From: Candidatus Staskawiczbacteria bacterium RIFOXYB1_FULL_37_44
GTDB taxonomy: Bacteria; Patescibacteriota; Minisyncoccia; Minisyncoccales; Staskawiczbacteraceae
Direction of reading: 5' to 3'
NCBI GenBank assembly: GCA_001822065.1
Contig: MHPJ01000001.1
Span: 6,870-70,869, forward strand
Length of the DNA stretch: 64,000 bases
Notes under the pieces: model-generated
The model's database searches: none
The model's input: the letters and a program-made list of their open reading frames with translations, nothing else
Told to the model about the DNA's origin: nothing
Made by a program: the position numbers and the translations under genes
Shown here: in pieces, positions 49,692-59,296 of the stretch
Layout of the letters: every line of letters starts with the position of its first letter
Numbering within the stretch: the first letter of the stretch is position 1

Positions 49692-50754
49692 CCAGGTTTT
49701 TTCCCAGAAGTATGGAGGGGTGTCAAAATATTTTGCCGAGCTGATAAAAGCCATCGGACGTTTTGATGTAGAGATTGTTTTTTCTAAAACATTATCAGAG
49801 AACGCCTATTTGCCCGATAAGTTTAAGACGTCTGTCGGTTTTTTTTCCAACATTAAATTCAAAGGAAAGAGAAGTCTATTAAATTTTGTCAATAATCAAT
49901 TTTCCAAGGGAATATTGCGGAAAGGCGGATACGATATATTCCATCCTACGTATTACAGTCCGTATTTTTTATCGAAAAATATCAGAAAACCGATCGTCAT
50001 AACGGTCTTTGATATGATACACGAGCTTTTCCCCGCCTATTTTTCATCTTTTGATAAAACCGTTGAGTACAAAAACAAAGTTCTCAGAAGGGCCGATAAA
50101 ATCATAGCCATTTCAGAGTCAACAAAAAAAGATTTATGTCGACTGACGAACATCCGACCCGAAAAAATTTCAGTGATATATTTGGCCGGCTCTCTTTCAG
50201 AAATTTTTTCTAAAAAAATTACGGTCCCCAACAGATATTTGCTTTTCGTCGGGCAAAGGAAAGGATATAAAAATTTTACTTTTTTTATCCAGTCAATTTC
50301 ACCTTTACTCAAAGAGAAAAAAATATCAATTCTCTGTGCCGGTGGCGGTAATTTTAGCGTTGACGAAAGGAAAATAATTTCCGATCTCGGAATTCAGGAT
50401 TATGTTTTCCAACGGGAGGTTAATAGCGGAGAATTAAAATATTGCTACCAAAAGGCGACTGCTTTTGTTTTCCCGTCGCTTTATGAGGGATTTGGGATAC
50501 CTGTCCTGGAAGCTTTTTCCTGCGGTTGTCCTGTTATTTTGAGTAACTCAAGCAGTTTTCCTGAAGTGGCGGGGGATGCCGGTATATATTTTGAACCCCA
50601 AAACAAGGAATCCATCTTTGAGGCGATTTCTACGATTTTAAACGAAAATTTCGATAAGGAATATTTTATCAATAAAGGCTATGCCATTTCGAATAGTTTT
50701 ACCTGGGATAAAACGGCCAGGCAAACGCTAGAAATATATAAAAAACTAACATAG
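49672..50754 (+). CDS. GT4-family glycosyltransferase
   Basis: 'PSLYEGFGIPVLEAFSCGCPVILSNSSSFPEVAGDA' (EX7E). Confidence 0.8.
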   Translation: MKIFYDNQVFSQKYGGVSKYFAELIKAIGRFDVEIVFSKTLSENAYLPDKFKTSVGFFSNIKFKGKRSLLNFVNNQFSKGILRKGGYDIFHPTYYSPYFLSKNIRKPIVITVFDMIHELFPAYFSSFDKTVEYKNKVLRRADKIIAISESTKKDLCRLTNIRPEKISVIYLAGSLSEIFSKKITVPNRYLLFVGQRKGYKNFTFFIQSISPLLKEKKISILCAGGGNFSVDERKIISDLGIQDYVFQREVNSGELKYCYQKATAFVFPSLYEGFGIPVLEAFSCGCPVILSNSSSFPEVAGDAGIYFEPQNKESIFEAISTILNENFDKEYFINKGYAISNSFTWDKTARQTLEIYKKLT

Positions 50755-50764
50755 AAAGATTTAA

Positions 50765-51721
50765 ATGAAATATCTAATTACCGGATTTTCCGGTTTCGTC
50801 AGTGCCCATTTTGTTAAATATTTGTCTGGAGCAGAAAAAAATGTCAGCATCTGCGGCCTCGATATCGTCGAGCCAGCTTTCGATTTTAAAAATTATAAAA
50901 ATGTTAGCCTCAGTTTTTTGAAAGTTGACCTTTTGGATAAAAATAAAGTTAAAAAAATAATTTTAAAATTTCAGCCTAATTTTATTCTACACCTAGCTTC
51001 CCTCAGCAGTGTCGCTTTTAGCTGGCAGAATCCGATTATCAGTTTCAACAATAATAATAATATTTTTTTGAATATTCTTGAAGCCGTTAGAGAGACGGGC
51101 ATTAAATGCCGGATATTATCGGTGGGCTCTTCGGAGGAATACGGTCTCGTCCAAGACAAAGATATTCCATTGACCGAGTCGTCTCCGTTGAACCCTACAA
51201 GCCCTTATGCCGTCGCCAGGGTTTCTCAGGAGTTGCTTTCTAAAATTTATTTTTGCGGATATGGCATAGACATCATCATGACCAGATCTTTCAATCACGT
51301 CGGTCCCGGACAGAGAGAAATGTTTGCCGTGCCCTCTTTTGCCAAACAGATGGTGGAAATGAAGAAAAAAAACAGACACAATGGATCCCTGCGAGTCGGC
51401 AATACCGAGATAGTGCGGGATTTTTTAGATGTTCGCGATGTGGTGAAGGCTTATTATCTGCTTTTTCAAAGAGGCAAAGCCGGAAAAATATACAATGTTT
51501 GCGGCGGTCGAGGAATATCTCTTAAAGAATTAATAAATCTGATAGCCGATTATTTAAAAATAAAAGTTGCTTTGAAGGTGGACCGGTCATTGGTTAGGCC
51601 GAATGATAACCCTGTGGTCATAGGAGATAATAAAAAAATTAAAGAAGAGTTAGGCTGGTGGCCAACCATACCCTTAGAAGAAAGCATAGCCGATATTTGC
51701 GATTACTGGATGAAAAAGTGA
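50765..51721 (+). CDS. Extended-SDR nucleotide-sugar reductase/epimerase (GDP-6-deoxy-4-keto-hexose reductase-like)
   Basis: 'YLITGFSGFVSAHF', 'SPYAVARVSQE' (YxxxR instead of YxxxK). Confidence 0.55.
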   Translation: MKYLITGFSGFVSAHFVKYLSGAEKNVSICGLDIVEPAFDFKNYKNVSLSFLKVDLLDKNKVKKIILKFQPNFILHLASLSSVAFSWQNPIISFNNNNNIFLNILEAVRETGIKCRILSVGSSEEYGLVQDKDIPLTESSPLNPTSPYAVARVSQELLSKIYFCGYGIDIIMTRSFNHVGPGQREMFAVPSFAKQMVEMKKKNRHNGSLRVGNTEIVRDFLDVRDVVKAYYLLFQRGKAGKIYNVCGGRGISLKELINLIADYLKIKVALKVDRSLVRPNDNPVVIGDNKKIKEELGWWPTIPLEESIADICDYWMKK

Positions 51722-51749
51722 GTGATTAAAAATTGATAAAACTGGAATT

Positions 51750-52598
51750 ATGTTAACTATCTTTGCTATTCCAAAATCATTTGAAGGCGATATTGCCATA
51801 TCTCAGGAGAACGCCATTAAAAGTTGGCTTTTGCTTTTGCCAAAACCGCAAATTATTTTGTTTGGAGATGAAATAGGAATAAAAGAAATATCAGACAAGT
51901 TTGGCATCCAACACGTAAAAGACGTCAGAAAAAATGAATTTGGCACTCCTTTGTTGAACTGGGTTTTTGACAAGGCAAAAGATTTGGCAGAAAATAATAT
52001 TTTGGCGTATGTTAATTCAGACATTATTTTGACTCAGGATTTTATAGATGCCGTAAGTCGCATTAAGGAGAGTAAATTTGTCTCCTTTTTAGCGTCTGGG
52101 CAAAGGGAAGATTTGGATTTAAACAAACTTGTTGATTTTTCTAAAGAAGGTTGTATTGATAATCTTAAAAAAAAGGGAATAAAACATGGCATGTCGGGTA
52201 TGGATTATTTTATTTTTCCTAGAAATTTTTCTGTAAATTTACCCGATTTTGCTGTTGGTATTTCTGGCTGGGATAGCTGGCTTGTATATCAAACAAAGCG
52301 CTTGAAAATTCCCTTTATAGATGCCACTTTGTTGATCACGGCAATTCATCAAAATCACTTGCCACGCCACCAAAAAAAACTCTCATACGAACAAGAGAAA
52401 AAAGAAAATTTCAAGTTAGCGGGAGGGCAAATCAATATGATGAGTTTGCGGGAGGCAGATTGGATTTTAACTAAGGATGGGATAAAAAGGCCGGGTTTTC
52501 CCAGGATTATTTTTTGTAAACTATCTTTATTTTATCCATGGAGAATGATTTTTTTATTTAAAAGGAAAATTGATAGTTTTATGGGCAGATCAACATGA
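51750..52598 (+). CDS. Hypothetical protein, possibly a GT-A-like glycosyltransferase
   Basis: 'IFAIPKSFEG...NAIKSW', 'AYVNSDIIL'. Context only. Confidence 0.3.
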   Translation: MLTIFAIPKSFEGDIAISQENAIKSWLLLLPKPQIILFGDEIGIKEISDKFGIQHVKDVRKNEFGTPLLNWVFDKAKDLAENNILAYVNSDIILTQDFIDAVSRIKESKFVSFLASGQREDLDLNKLVDFSKEGCIDNLKKKGIKHGMSGMDYFIFPRNFSVNLPDFAVGISGWDSWLVYQTKRLKIPFIDATLLITAIHQNHLPRHQKKLSYEQEKKENFKLAGGQINMMSLREADWILTKDGIKRPGFPRIIFCKLSLFYPWRMIFLFKRKIDSFMGRST

Positions 52599-53878
52599 AA
52601 ATTTCTCTGAAAAATCTATCAATAACGCTTTTATTGGGAGCCATAATGCTTTTTCCTAGTTTTGTTGTTGGAAGAATTTCTAGCGGTAATACAATAGAGC
52701 TTAGAATCGAAGATTTTTTGCTTTTGTTTTTCGGTATTGTGGCGCTTGCTTACTTTTTAGTAAACGGAAAATCTAAATTTAGGAAACCTCCATTTTTTAT
52801 GCCGATTTTATTTTGGTTGGCAATTGAGTTTTTCAGCGTGCTTATAAATTTAATTTTGGGGAATTTATTTGTTATCGATCGGGCAATTTTTTATTTTTTG
52901 AAGGAGATAGAGCTCATATTTTTGTATTTTTTTGTTTATTGGAGTTTAGAAGATATAAAATCTATAAAAAATGTAATCAAATTTACTTTATTTTTTACAG
53001 CCCTAAATGTAGCGTATGTTTTCTACCAAATAGTTGTTCATAATCAGGTTGGCGAATACGGTACCGCTGCTTTACCTGAATATGGAGTATTTCCTACAGG
53101 AGCTTTTTTTGTTCTACTTTTTATATTTTTACTATCTTATTTTATCTTTTATTATAATAATTTGGACAGGAAATTATGGAAAAAGATACTCATGGGAGGG
53201 ATTGCTATATCGCCAGCTGTAGGGGTTTTTGGATCTGGATCTAAGACAAATTTCATAGCTTTACTTTTTTCTTTTGTAGCAATTTTTTTGCTTGCTTTTT
53301 TTAAAAAAAATACGAAAACTGCAAAAATGTTTATAATAGGTTTTATTGTCTTAATTTTTTTGCTTGCTTTTTTTGCTTATTCGGTTTTATATATCAAGAA
53401 TATCGTCCGGATAATGGATATCTTTGGTTTGCACAAAATTGTATCAAATTATTCGTCAGGTCGCATCGTGGTAATAAAAATTGTATGGAAAGAGTTATAT
53501 GACAAGTTTAATCAGCAGCCGCTTTCAATTTTATTCGGTTTTGGTGTCGGCTATATTACCGAAGCGCACAATCAATTTTTACGTAATTTTGGGGAAATTG
53601 GGATTCTAGGCAGTTTAGCTTTTTTAGTTATGATTTTTTTAATATTTAGGGAGGGATTTAGAATATATAATAATAGTAACGACCTATTTTTAACTGCAAT
53701 GGGAGTTATTATAATAGTAATGACGTCGGCGATGATGGTTTTTTCATTCACGACAGATCCTTTTTTCTCCGTAAAAACATCCGAAGTTTACTGGTTTTTT
53801 ATGGCCATATGCGCCGCGGTTACATCAATGGAATCAAAGAGGGGTATAAAAGAAAATAAATCAGTAAACATTTATTAG
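52595..53878 (+). CDS. wzy: Wzy-type O-antigen/oligosaccharide polymerase-like membrane protein
   Basis: 427 aa with about 10-12 TM helices, located in a Wzx/PGT locus. No conserved motif is expected for Wzy. Confidence 0.5.
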   Translation: MKISLKNLSITLLLGAIMLFPSFVVGRISSGNTIELRIEDFLLLFFGIVALAYFLVNGKSKFRKPPFFMPILFWLAIEFFSVLINLILGNLFVIDRAIFYFLKEIELIFLYFFVYWSLEDIKSIKNVIKFTLFFTALNVAYVFYQIVVHNQVGEYGTAALPEYGVFPTGAFFVLLFIFLLSYFIFYYNNLDRKLWKKILMGGIAISPAVGVFGSGSKTNFIALLFSFVAIFLLAFFKKNTKTAKMFIIGFIVLIFLLAFFAYSVLYIKNIVRIMDIFGLHKIVSNYSSGRIVVIKIVWKELYDKFNQQPLSILFGFGVGYITEAHNQFLRNFGEIGILGSLAFLVMIFLIFREGFRIYNNSNDLFLTAMGVIIIVMTSAMMVFSFTTDPFFSVKTSEVYWFFMAICAAVTSMESKRGIKENKSVNIY

Positions 53879-53915
53879 TTTTCATAAAAATGTTAAAATA
53901 ATTGAACTTAAATTT

Positions 53916-54965
53916 ATGAATTGGAAAAGTGCTATAAAACATTTGGTTTTTATTAGAAATAAGCCGTTGGTCATTTTTGGGATGGCAAAGGGATTTTTTA
54001 AAGCTATTGTCTTAAGACAAAACGTTTTGAGAACGGTAGACTTAGCTGTTACCTATAACTGCCATTATAAATGCGAGTATTGTTCGGCTTTCCTTCTTAA
54101 AAAAGAGGGTAAAGAGGTTTTAACAGTAGAACAGATTAAAAATATTTGGGAGCAGGCCAGATCGCTCGGCGCAATGCATATTAATCTTACTGGAGGAGAA
54201 CCGTTGATGAGAGACATAGATGAGCTTTGCCGCATTATTAAAAATTTTTCTCCTGAAAAGACATTAGTGTCTATGGTTACGAATAGCGTTCTTGTGACTA
54301 AAGAAAAACTAAAAAAGTTGAAAGAAGCGGGATTGGATACGTTGCAACTAAGTATTGAAAGTTTGGATCCGAAAATAAATGACAGGATTAGAGGGATAAA
54401 AGGCGTTACTCAAAAAACGACAGAGGCGCTTAGGTTTGCTAAAGAGCTGGGGCTTAATGTATGTCTTAGTGCAGTTGCTTGCCATGATAATCAAACAGAA
54501 TTAAAAAAACTGTTGGATTTTGCAAAAAAAGAAGATGTTTTCCTTTTGTTAAATACGGCCTCTTCCGTAGGAAAATGGCAGGAAAAAAGTGAAATGAAAA
54601 TGGTTGAAAAAGATATCGTTTTGTTTGAAGATTTTATGAAAGACGCATATGTCAGGAGTGACACTTCTTTCAATTTTTCAGGTAAAAGCGGGTGTCCGGG
54701 TGGAAAGGAGAGGATTCACATTACAGCTTATGGGGATGTTATCACATGCCCCTTGGTTCAAGTGAGCTACGGTAATGTTTTGAAAGAGTCATTACAAACG
54801 ATTTACAAACGCATGAACCGTATGCCCTTTATTAAAAAATATAGCAGATTATGTAAGCACAGTTTTGATGATGAATATTATCAGCAGATATGCAGGCCAG
54901 CTGAACAAATAAAAAATCCCCCTATGAGCGTTTTTTCCCATCCAAACATAGAAAATATTGATTAA
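53916..54965 (+). CDS. Radical SAM enzyme (second copy, with C-terminal Cys cluster)
   Basis: 'TYNCHYKCEYCSA', 'LTGGEPL'. C-terminal 'GCPGG...ITCPLV'. Confidence 0.7.
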   Translation: MNWKSAIKHLVFIRNKPLVIFGMAKGFFKAIVLRQNVLRTVDLAVTYNCHYKCEYCSAFLLKKEGKEVLTVEQIKNIWEQARSLGAMHINLTGGEPLMRDIDELCRIIKNFSPEKTLVSMVTNSVLVTKEKLKKLKEAGLDTLQLSIESLDPKINDRIRGIKGVTQKTTEALRFAKELGLNVCLSAVACHDNQTELKKLLDFAKKEDVFLLLNTASSVGKWQEKSEMKMVEKDIVLFEDFMKDAYVRSDTSFNFSGKSGCPGGKERIHITAYGDVITCPLVQVSYGNVLKESLQTIYKRMNRMPFIKKYSRLCKHSFDDEYYQQICRPAEQIKNPPMSVFSHPNIENID

Positions 54966-54975
54966 GAGATTATTT

Positions 54976-55668
54976 ATGAAGCTTTCAATAATAATTCCCT
55001 GTTTCAATGAAGAGGCGACAATATCAAAGATTATACAAAGAGTAGCAGATGTTGACTTAATCGGCATAGAAAAAGAAATTATTGTGGTTGACGACGGATC
55101 AGACGATAGAACTTTTGGGACATTAAAACAGCTCAAAAATAAGTTTGATTTTCAGCTGTTTAATCATGGGATAAACCTCGGCAAAGGGGCAGCAATAAAA
55201 ACGGCCTTAAAAAATATCAGTGGCGATTATGTTATCATACAAGATGCTGATTTAGAATATAATCCCGAAGATTATAAAAAACTTTTACGTTGCGTACAGG
55301 AAAAGAGCGCTCAGGTTGTTTACGGATCAAGGTATTCTGGATCGGAAGGTAAATATTCCCACCCATTTTTTTACTTTGGTGGCAGGATTTTGACTTGGCT
55401 TACAAATTTGTTATATGGCACAAGGATTAGTGACGAAGCAACGTGCTATAAACTTTTTAAAAGAGAAGTTATTTCTAAGATTGATTTAAAGTGTAAGGGG
55501 TTTGATTTTTGTCCGGAAATTACTGCAAAAGTGTTAAAAAAAGGGATTAAAATATATGAGGTACCGATTGGGTATTCTCCCCGCAATATTGAAGATGGAA
55601 AAAAAATAAAGCTAAAAGATGGGCTTTATGCTATTTGGATTTTGATAAAATATAAATTTATAGATTGA
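54976..55668 (+). CDS. GT2 polyprenyl-phosphate glycosyltransferase (DPM1/GtrB/ArnC-like)
   Basis: 'LSIIIPCFNEE', 'IIVVDDGSDDRT', 'IIQDADLEYNPED'. Confidence 0.75.
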   Translation: MKLSIIIPCFNEEATISKIIQRVADVDLIGIEKEIIVVDDGSDDRTFGTLKQLKNKFDFQLFNHGINLGKGAAIKTALKNISGDYVIIQDADLEYNPEDYKKLLRCVQEKSAQVVYGSRYSGSEGKYSHPFFYFGGRILTWLTNLLYGTRISDEATCYKLFKREVISKIDLKCKGFDFCPEITAKVLKKGIKIYEVPIGYSPRNIEDGKKIKLKDGLYAIWILIKYKFID

Positions 55669-55670
55669 AC

Positions 55671-56225
55671 ATGGATTCTTTATTAGACAAGCTATTTCGT
55701 TTTTGGAGAACGCAAAAGGTCATTAATCATATTCTCAAAGGATCAATAGTGTGCGACATCGGTTGCGGTTTAGATGTTTATTTTCTAAACAGAATAAAGC
55801 GATCGATAAAAAAAGGAGTTGGTTTGGATCAGGATTTATGCGACTACACAGAAGGAAATTTAGAATTTAAAAATATAAAAATAGATAGCAATTTGCCTTT
55901 TCCAGATGATTATTTTAATGCAGCTACGATGGTTGCTTTTTTAGAGCACATAGAAAGTCCAGAGATTATAACGGGGGAGGCTTTTAGGATTTTAAAAAAG
56001 GGAGGAAAGTTGATATTGACTACGCCATCTCCAATATCTAAACCAATTTTAATTTTTTTAGCTTTTCTGAGCCTCATAGACAAAAGGGAAATTTCAAGCC
56101 ACAAAAATTATTTTTGGCCGAAAGATATTAGGAAAATACTGAGCGGCGCAGGATTCAATAAAGAAAACGTAAAAATAAATTTTTTTGAATTTTTTACTAA
56201 CATTGTAGCGGTAGCAACAAAATGA
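55671..56225 (+). CDS. Class I SAM-dependent methyltransferase
   Basis: 'VCDIGCGLD', 'AFLEHIESP', 'KKGGKLILTT'. Confidence 0.6.
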   Translation: MDSLLDKLFRFWRTQKVINHILKGSIVCDIGCGLDVYFLNRIKRSIKKGVGLDQDLCDYTEGNLEFKNIKIDSNLPFPDDYFNAATMVAFLEHIESPEIITGEAFRILKKGGKLILTTPSPISKPILIFLAFLSLIDKREISSHKNYFWPKDIRKILSGAGFNKENVKINFFEFFTNIVAVATK

Positions 56226-57319
56226 CCATTTTTAAAAAATATCTTTTACTTACTTTTTTTGTAGCATTTTTGAATTTACTGATTATCTTATTTTTTTTCG
56301 TTCCCAGGCTAAATGCTACTGACAGCGCACAGTATATCTCAACGATTCTGCATCTTTCGGGCGACCATTCAGAAACTCTGTATCCCTTTAGAGTTATAAA
56401 CCCTTTACCCGTTTTAATAGGAGCAATCCTTTCGCCGTTTATGTCGGCTTCTGCAACTCTTATATTGCAAAATATATTTTTTTATTTTGGCTCGGTTTTA
56501 GTTATTTTTTTATTGATAAATTCAGTTTATAAAAACGAGAAACAGGCTTTTTATGGGGCAATTCTATTTTCAACAGCCTATCCCGTAATGGCTTATGGCT
56601 TGTCTCCACTTACCGATTTTAGCGGGTGGTTTTTCTATATCCTATGTATTTATCTTACAGTAAGATTTTTTAAAAAGCCGATTTTAAGAAAGAGTTTTCT
56701 TATTGGACTTTTGGGCGGAATAGGCATGCTGTTTAAGGAAAATTTAGCCGCCTTGCCGATTTTTTTCTTTGTATTTGTTTTCGTATGCGCAAATTTTTCT
56801 CTTAGGAACAAGGTAAGACATATTTGTGTATTTCTATTGGCATTTTTTTTACCCGTTATTACTAGCGAAGTTATGATCTATCATTTTTTTTCTTACTCAA
56901 TGATACAATGGTATTTAAACGTTTCTTTAACCCACGGCAATTCATTTATTTATGCATATAGTCCGCTTAGAATCGTCATTGAAATTGCCAGAGTGTTTTC
57001 TTTCGGATGGATTTTTTTCCTAGCAGGACTCATTAGGGAAATAAGAACAAAAGATAAAAATCGGACTAAAATTTTAATCTCCTTAATCCTACCTTCCTTA
57101 TCCTTTTTCCTTTGGGCGTTTCCTCATAATAGAATTGCTTTTATTTCGGCCCCTTTAATTATTTTACTGGGAAGCTTCGGATTTATAGAATTATTTAAAA
57201 ATAATAAATATAGCAGATATATAGAAATAACCCTTTTGTTTTTTTACATTTTTATAAATTATTTTTTGGTCGAATTTTTATTAAAATATGGAGACGCATT
57301 AAGAATATATTTTAAATAA
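56222..57319 (+). CDS. GT-C fold membrane glycosyltransferase (ArnT/PMT-like)
   Basis: More than 9 TM helices. The first-loop acidic motif 'ATDSAQYIS' is analogous to the D/E-x-D...Y loop of GT-C enzymes. Confidence 0.55.
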   Translation: MTIFKKYLLLTFFVAFLNLLIILFFFVPRLNATDSAQYISTILHLSGDHSETLYPFRVINPLPVLIGAILSPFMSASATLILQNIFFYFGSVLVIFLLINSVYKNEKQAFYGAILFSTAYPVMAYGLSPLTDFSGWFFYILCIYLTVRFFKKPILRKSFLIGLLGGIGMLFKENLAALPIFFFVFVFVCANFSLRNKVRHICVFLLAFFLPVITSEVMIYHFFSYSMIQWYLNVSLTHGNSFIYAYSPLRIVIEIARVFSFGWIFFLAGLIREIRTKDKNRTKILISLILPSLSFFLWAFPHNRIAFISAPLIILLGSFGFIELFKNNKYSRYIEITLLFFYIFINYFLVEFLLKYGDALRIYFK

Positions 57320-57328
57320 TCAGAAAAT

Positions 57329-57700
57329 ATGAGCCCGTTTATCTTTTTAGCAATATCTATAATATCTACAGTAACCGGCCAACTTTTATTAAAAAAGGGG
57401 GTTTTACTAGTGGGAAAAATAGAATTTTCCCTTAACGGCATTTTTAATTTAGCCTTGCAGTTCTTTAAAAATGCATACCTGTTTTTCGGTCTTTGCCTTT
57501 TCGTGTTCGCCTTTATTTTTTGGGTTTTTGCCCTGTCGAAAAAAGATCTCGGCATTATTTATCCTATTTCAAGCAGTTTGGTGCTTTCTTTAATAGTTTT
57601 TGGGTCATTTTTGTTTTTTAAGGAAAGTATTTCTTTATGGCAGATTTCTGGAATTGTTTTTATAATTTTTGGCATTTTTTTATTATTGTTTAAGGGTTGA
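57329..57700 (+). CDS. Small 4-TM EamA/SMR-like transporter (ArnE/ArnF-like lipid-linked sugar flippase candidate)
   Basis: 123 aa with 4 hydrophobic helices. Located between the GT-C and GT2 genes. Confidence 0.5.
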   Translation: MSPFIFLAISIISTVTGQLLLKKGVLLVGKIEFSLNGIFNLALQFFKNAYLFFGLCLFVFAFIFWVFALSKKDLGIIYPISSSLVLSLIVFGSFLFFKESISLWQISGIVFIIFGIFLLLFKG

Positions 57701-57705
57701 CTAAA

Positions 57706-58692
57706 ATGGAAAAATTAGTTTCAATAATAATCCCTTGCAGGAACGAAGAAGAATTTATTTCAAGATGCCTATATTCTGTTTTAAATAACGATTATCCAAA
57801 AGATAAATTGGAAATTTTTGTTGCAGACGGAGAAAGCCAAGATAAAACCCGTGAAATTGTCAGCAGATACATAATCAAGTATCCTTTTATAAAGTTATTG
57901 AATAATCCAAGACATATTGCTGCTTCTGCGCTTAATTTGGGGATTAAAGAGTCAATGGGAAGTATTATTATAAGAATGGACGCGCATGCAATTTACGATA
58001 AAAATTATATATCTAAGTGCGTTTGTTATTTGCAAAACTACGACGCTGATAATGTGGGGGGAGTAATATATATAATCCCAAGGGAAAACACGCCTGTCGG
58101 CAGGGGGATTGCAAAAGCAATGTCATCTTTTTTGGGAACCGGGGGCGCGCATTATAAGCTTGGAGCTAAAAGCTTCAAAGAAGTTGATACGGTTCCATTT
58201 GGATGTTTTAAAAGGAGTATATTTGATAAAGTTGGTTTTTTCAATGAGAATCTCAAAAGAAGCCAGGATCTGGAATTTAATTTGCGTATTAAAAGAGCCG
58301 GCGGTAAGATTTATTTGTTTCCGGACATTGTAAGCGATTATTACTCGCGCTCCGGGCTAAAAGATTTTTTCATTTACAATTTTAAAAACGGCATTTGGGC
58401 TATTTATCCTTTTAAATTTGTTAAAACGTTATTTAAGCCAAGGCACTACGCGCCGTTAGTATTTGTTTTGGGGCTAACTTTTCTGTTTATGGCTGGCCTT
58501 TTTGTGAGACCATTTTTGTATATGTTTTGGACTGTAATTATTTTATATTTAGCGATTATATTATATGCAGCTGCTAAAGTTTCGTTAAAAGAAAAAGATG
58601 CAACATATCTATTCTCTTTGCCGGTTGCTTTGGCCGTCAGACACTTTTCTTATGGGTTGGGGTCTATTTTTGGTATAATAAAATTATTATAA
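57706..58692 (+). CDS. GT2 glycosyltransferase with C-terminal TM helices
   Basis: 'VSIIIPCRNEEEFI', 'FVADGESQDKT', 'RMDAHA'. Hydrophobic C-terminal 90 aa. Confidence 0.75.
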   Translation: MEKLVSIIIPCRNEEEFISRCLYSVLNNDYPKDKLEIFVADGESQDKTREIVSRYIIKYPFIKLLNNPRHIAASALNLGIKESMGSIIIRMDAHAIYDKNYISKCVCYLQNYDADNVGGVIYIIPRENTPVGRGIAKAMSSFLGTGGAHYKLGAKSFKEVDTVPFGCFKRSIFDKVGFFNENLKRSQDLEFNLRIKRAGGKIYLFPDIVSDYYSRSGLKDFFIYNFKNGIWAIYPFKFVKTLFKPRHYAPLVFVLGLTFLFMAGLFVRPFLYMFWTVIILYLAIILYAAAKVSLKEKDATYLFSLPVALAVRHFSYGLGSIFGIIKLL

Positions 58693-58693
58693 A

Positions 58694-59287
58694 ATGATAA
58701 AAAGATTATTTGATATAATTTCATCTGTAATTGGTTTGTCAATTGTTTCGCCGATTTTTTTATTCGTGGTTTTTTTGATAAAAAAAGAATCTCCTGGGCC
58801 GATTTTTTATAAAGCCCAAAGAATCGGTAAGAAGGGAAAGCCTTTTAGTATGTATAAATTTAGAACAATGGTTGAAAATGCCGATAAAATTGGCGGATCC
58901 TCCACGCCCAACGATGATCCCAGGCTTACTAAAATCGGTTTATTTTTAAAAAAATACCAGTTAGATGAGTTGCCGCAGTTGTTCAATGTGCTAAAAGGTG
59001 ATATGAGTATAGTAGGACCCAGGCCGCAGGTTTCTTGGGCAGTTCAGCTTTACACGCCAGAAGAAAAGCAGGTTTTGAGTATGCTTCCCGGTTTGACCGA
59101 TTGGGCTTCTTTATGGAATTTTCATGAAGGAGAAATTTTAGAAGGCAGCAATAACCCCGACAAAGATTATATGGAAAAAATACATCCTGAAAAGATGCGT
59201 CTGCAGTTAAAATATGTAAAAAATCATTCTTTTTGGGTTGACCTTAAAATAATATTTAAAACTTTGCTAAAAGTAATTAAGGGATGA
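58694..59287 (+). CDS. Polyprenyl-phosphate sugar-phosphate transferase (small monotopic PGT, PglC/WbaP C-domain type)
   Basis: 'RLFDIISSVIGL', 'PGPIFYKAQRIGKKGKPFSMYKFRTM', 'DELPQLFNVLKGDMSIVGPRP'. Confidence 0.9.
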   Translation: MIKRLFDIISSVIGLSIVSPIFLFVVFLIKKESPGPIFYKAQRIGKKGKPFSMYKFRTMVENADKIGGSSTPNDDPRLTKIGLFLKKYQLDELPQLFNVLKGDMSIVGPRPQVSWAVQLYTPEEKQVLSMLPGLTDWASLWNFHEGEILEGSNNPDKDYMEKIHPEKMRLQLKYVKNHSFWVDLKIIFKTLLKVIKG

Positions 59288-59296
59288 TATAAAAAA

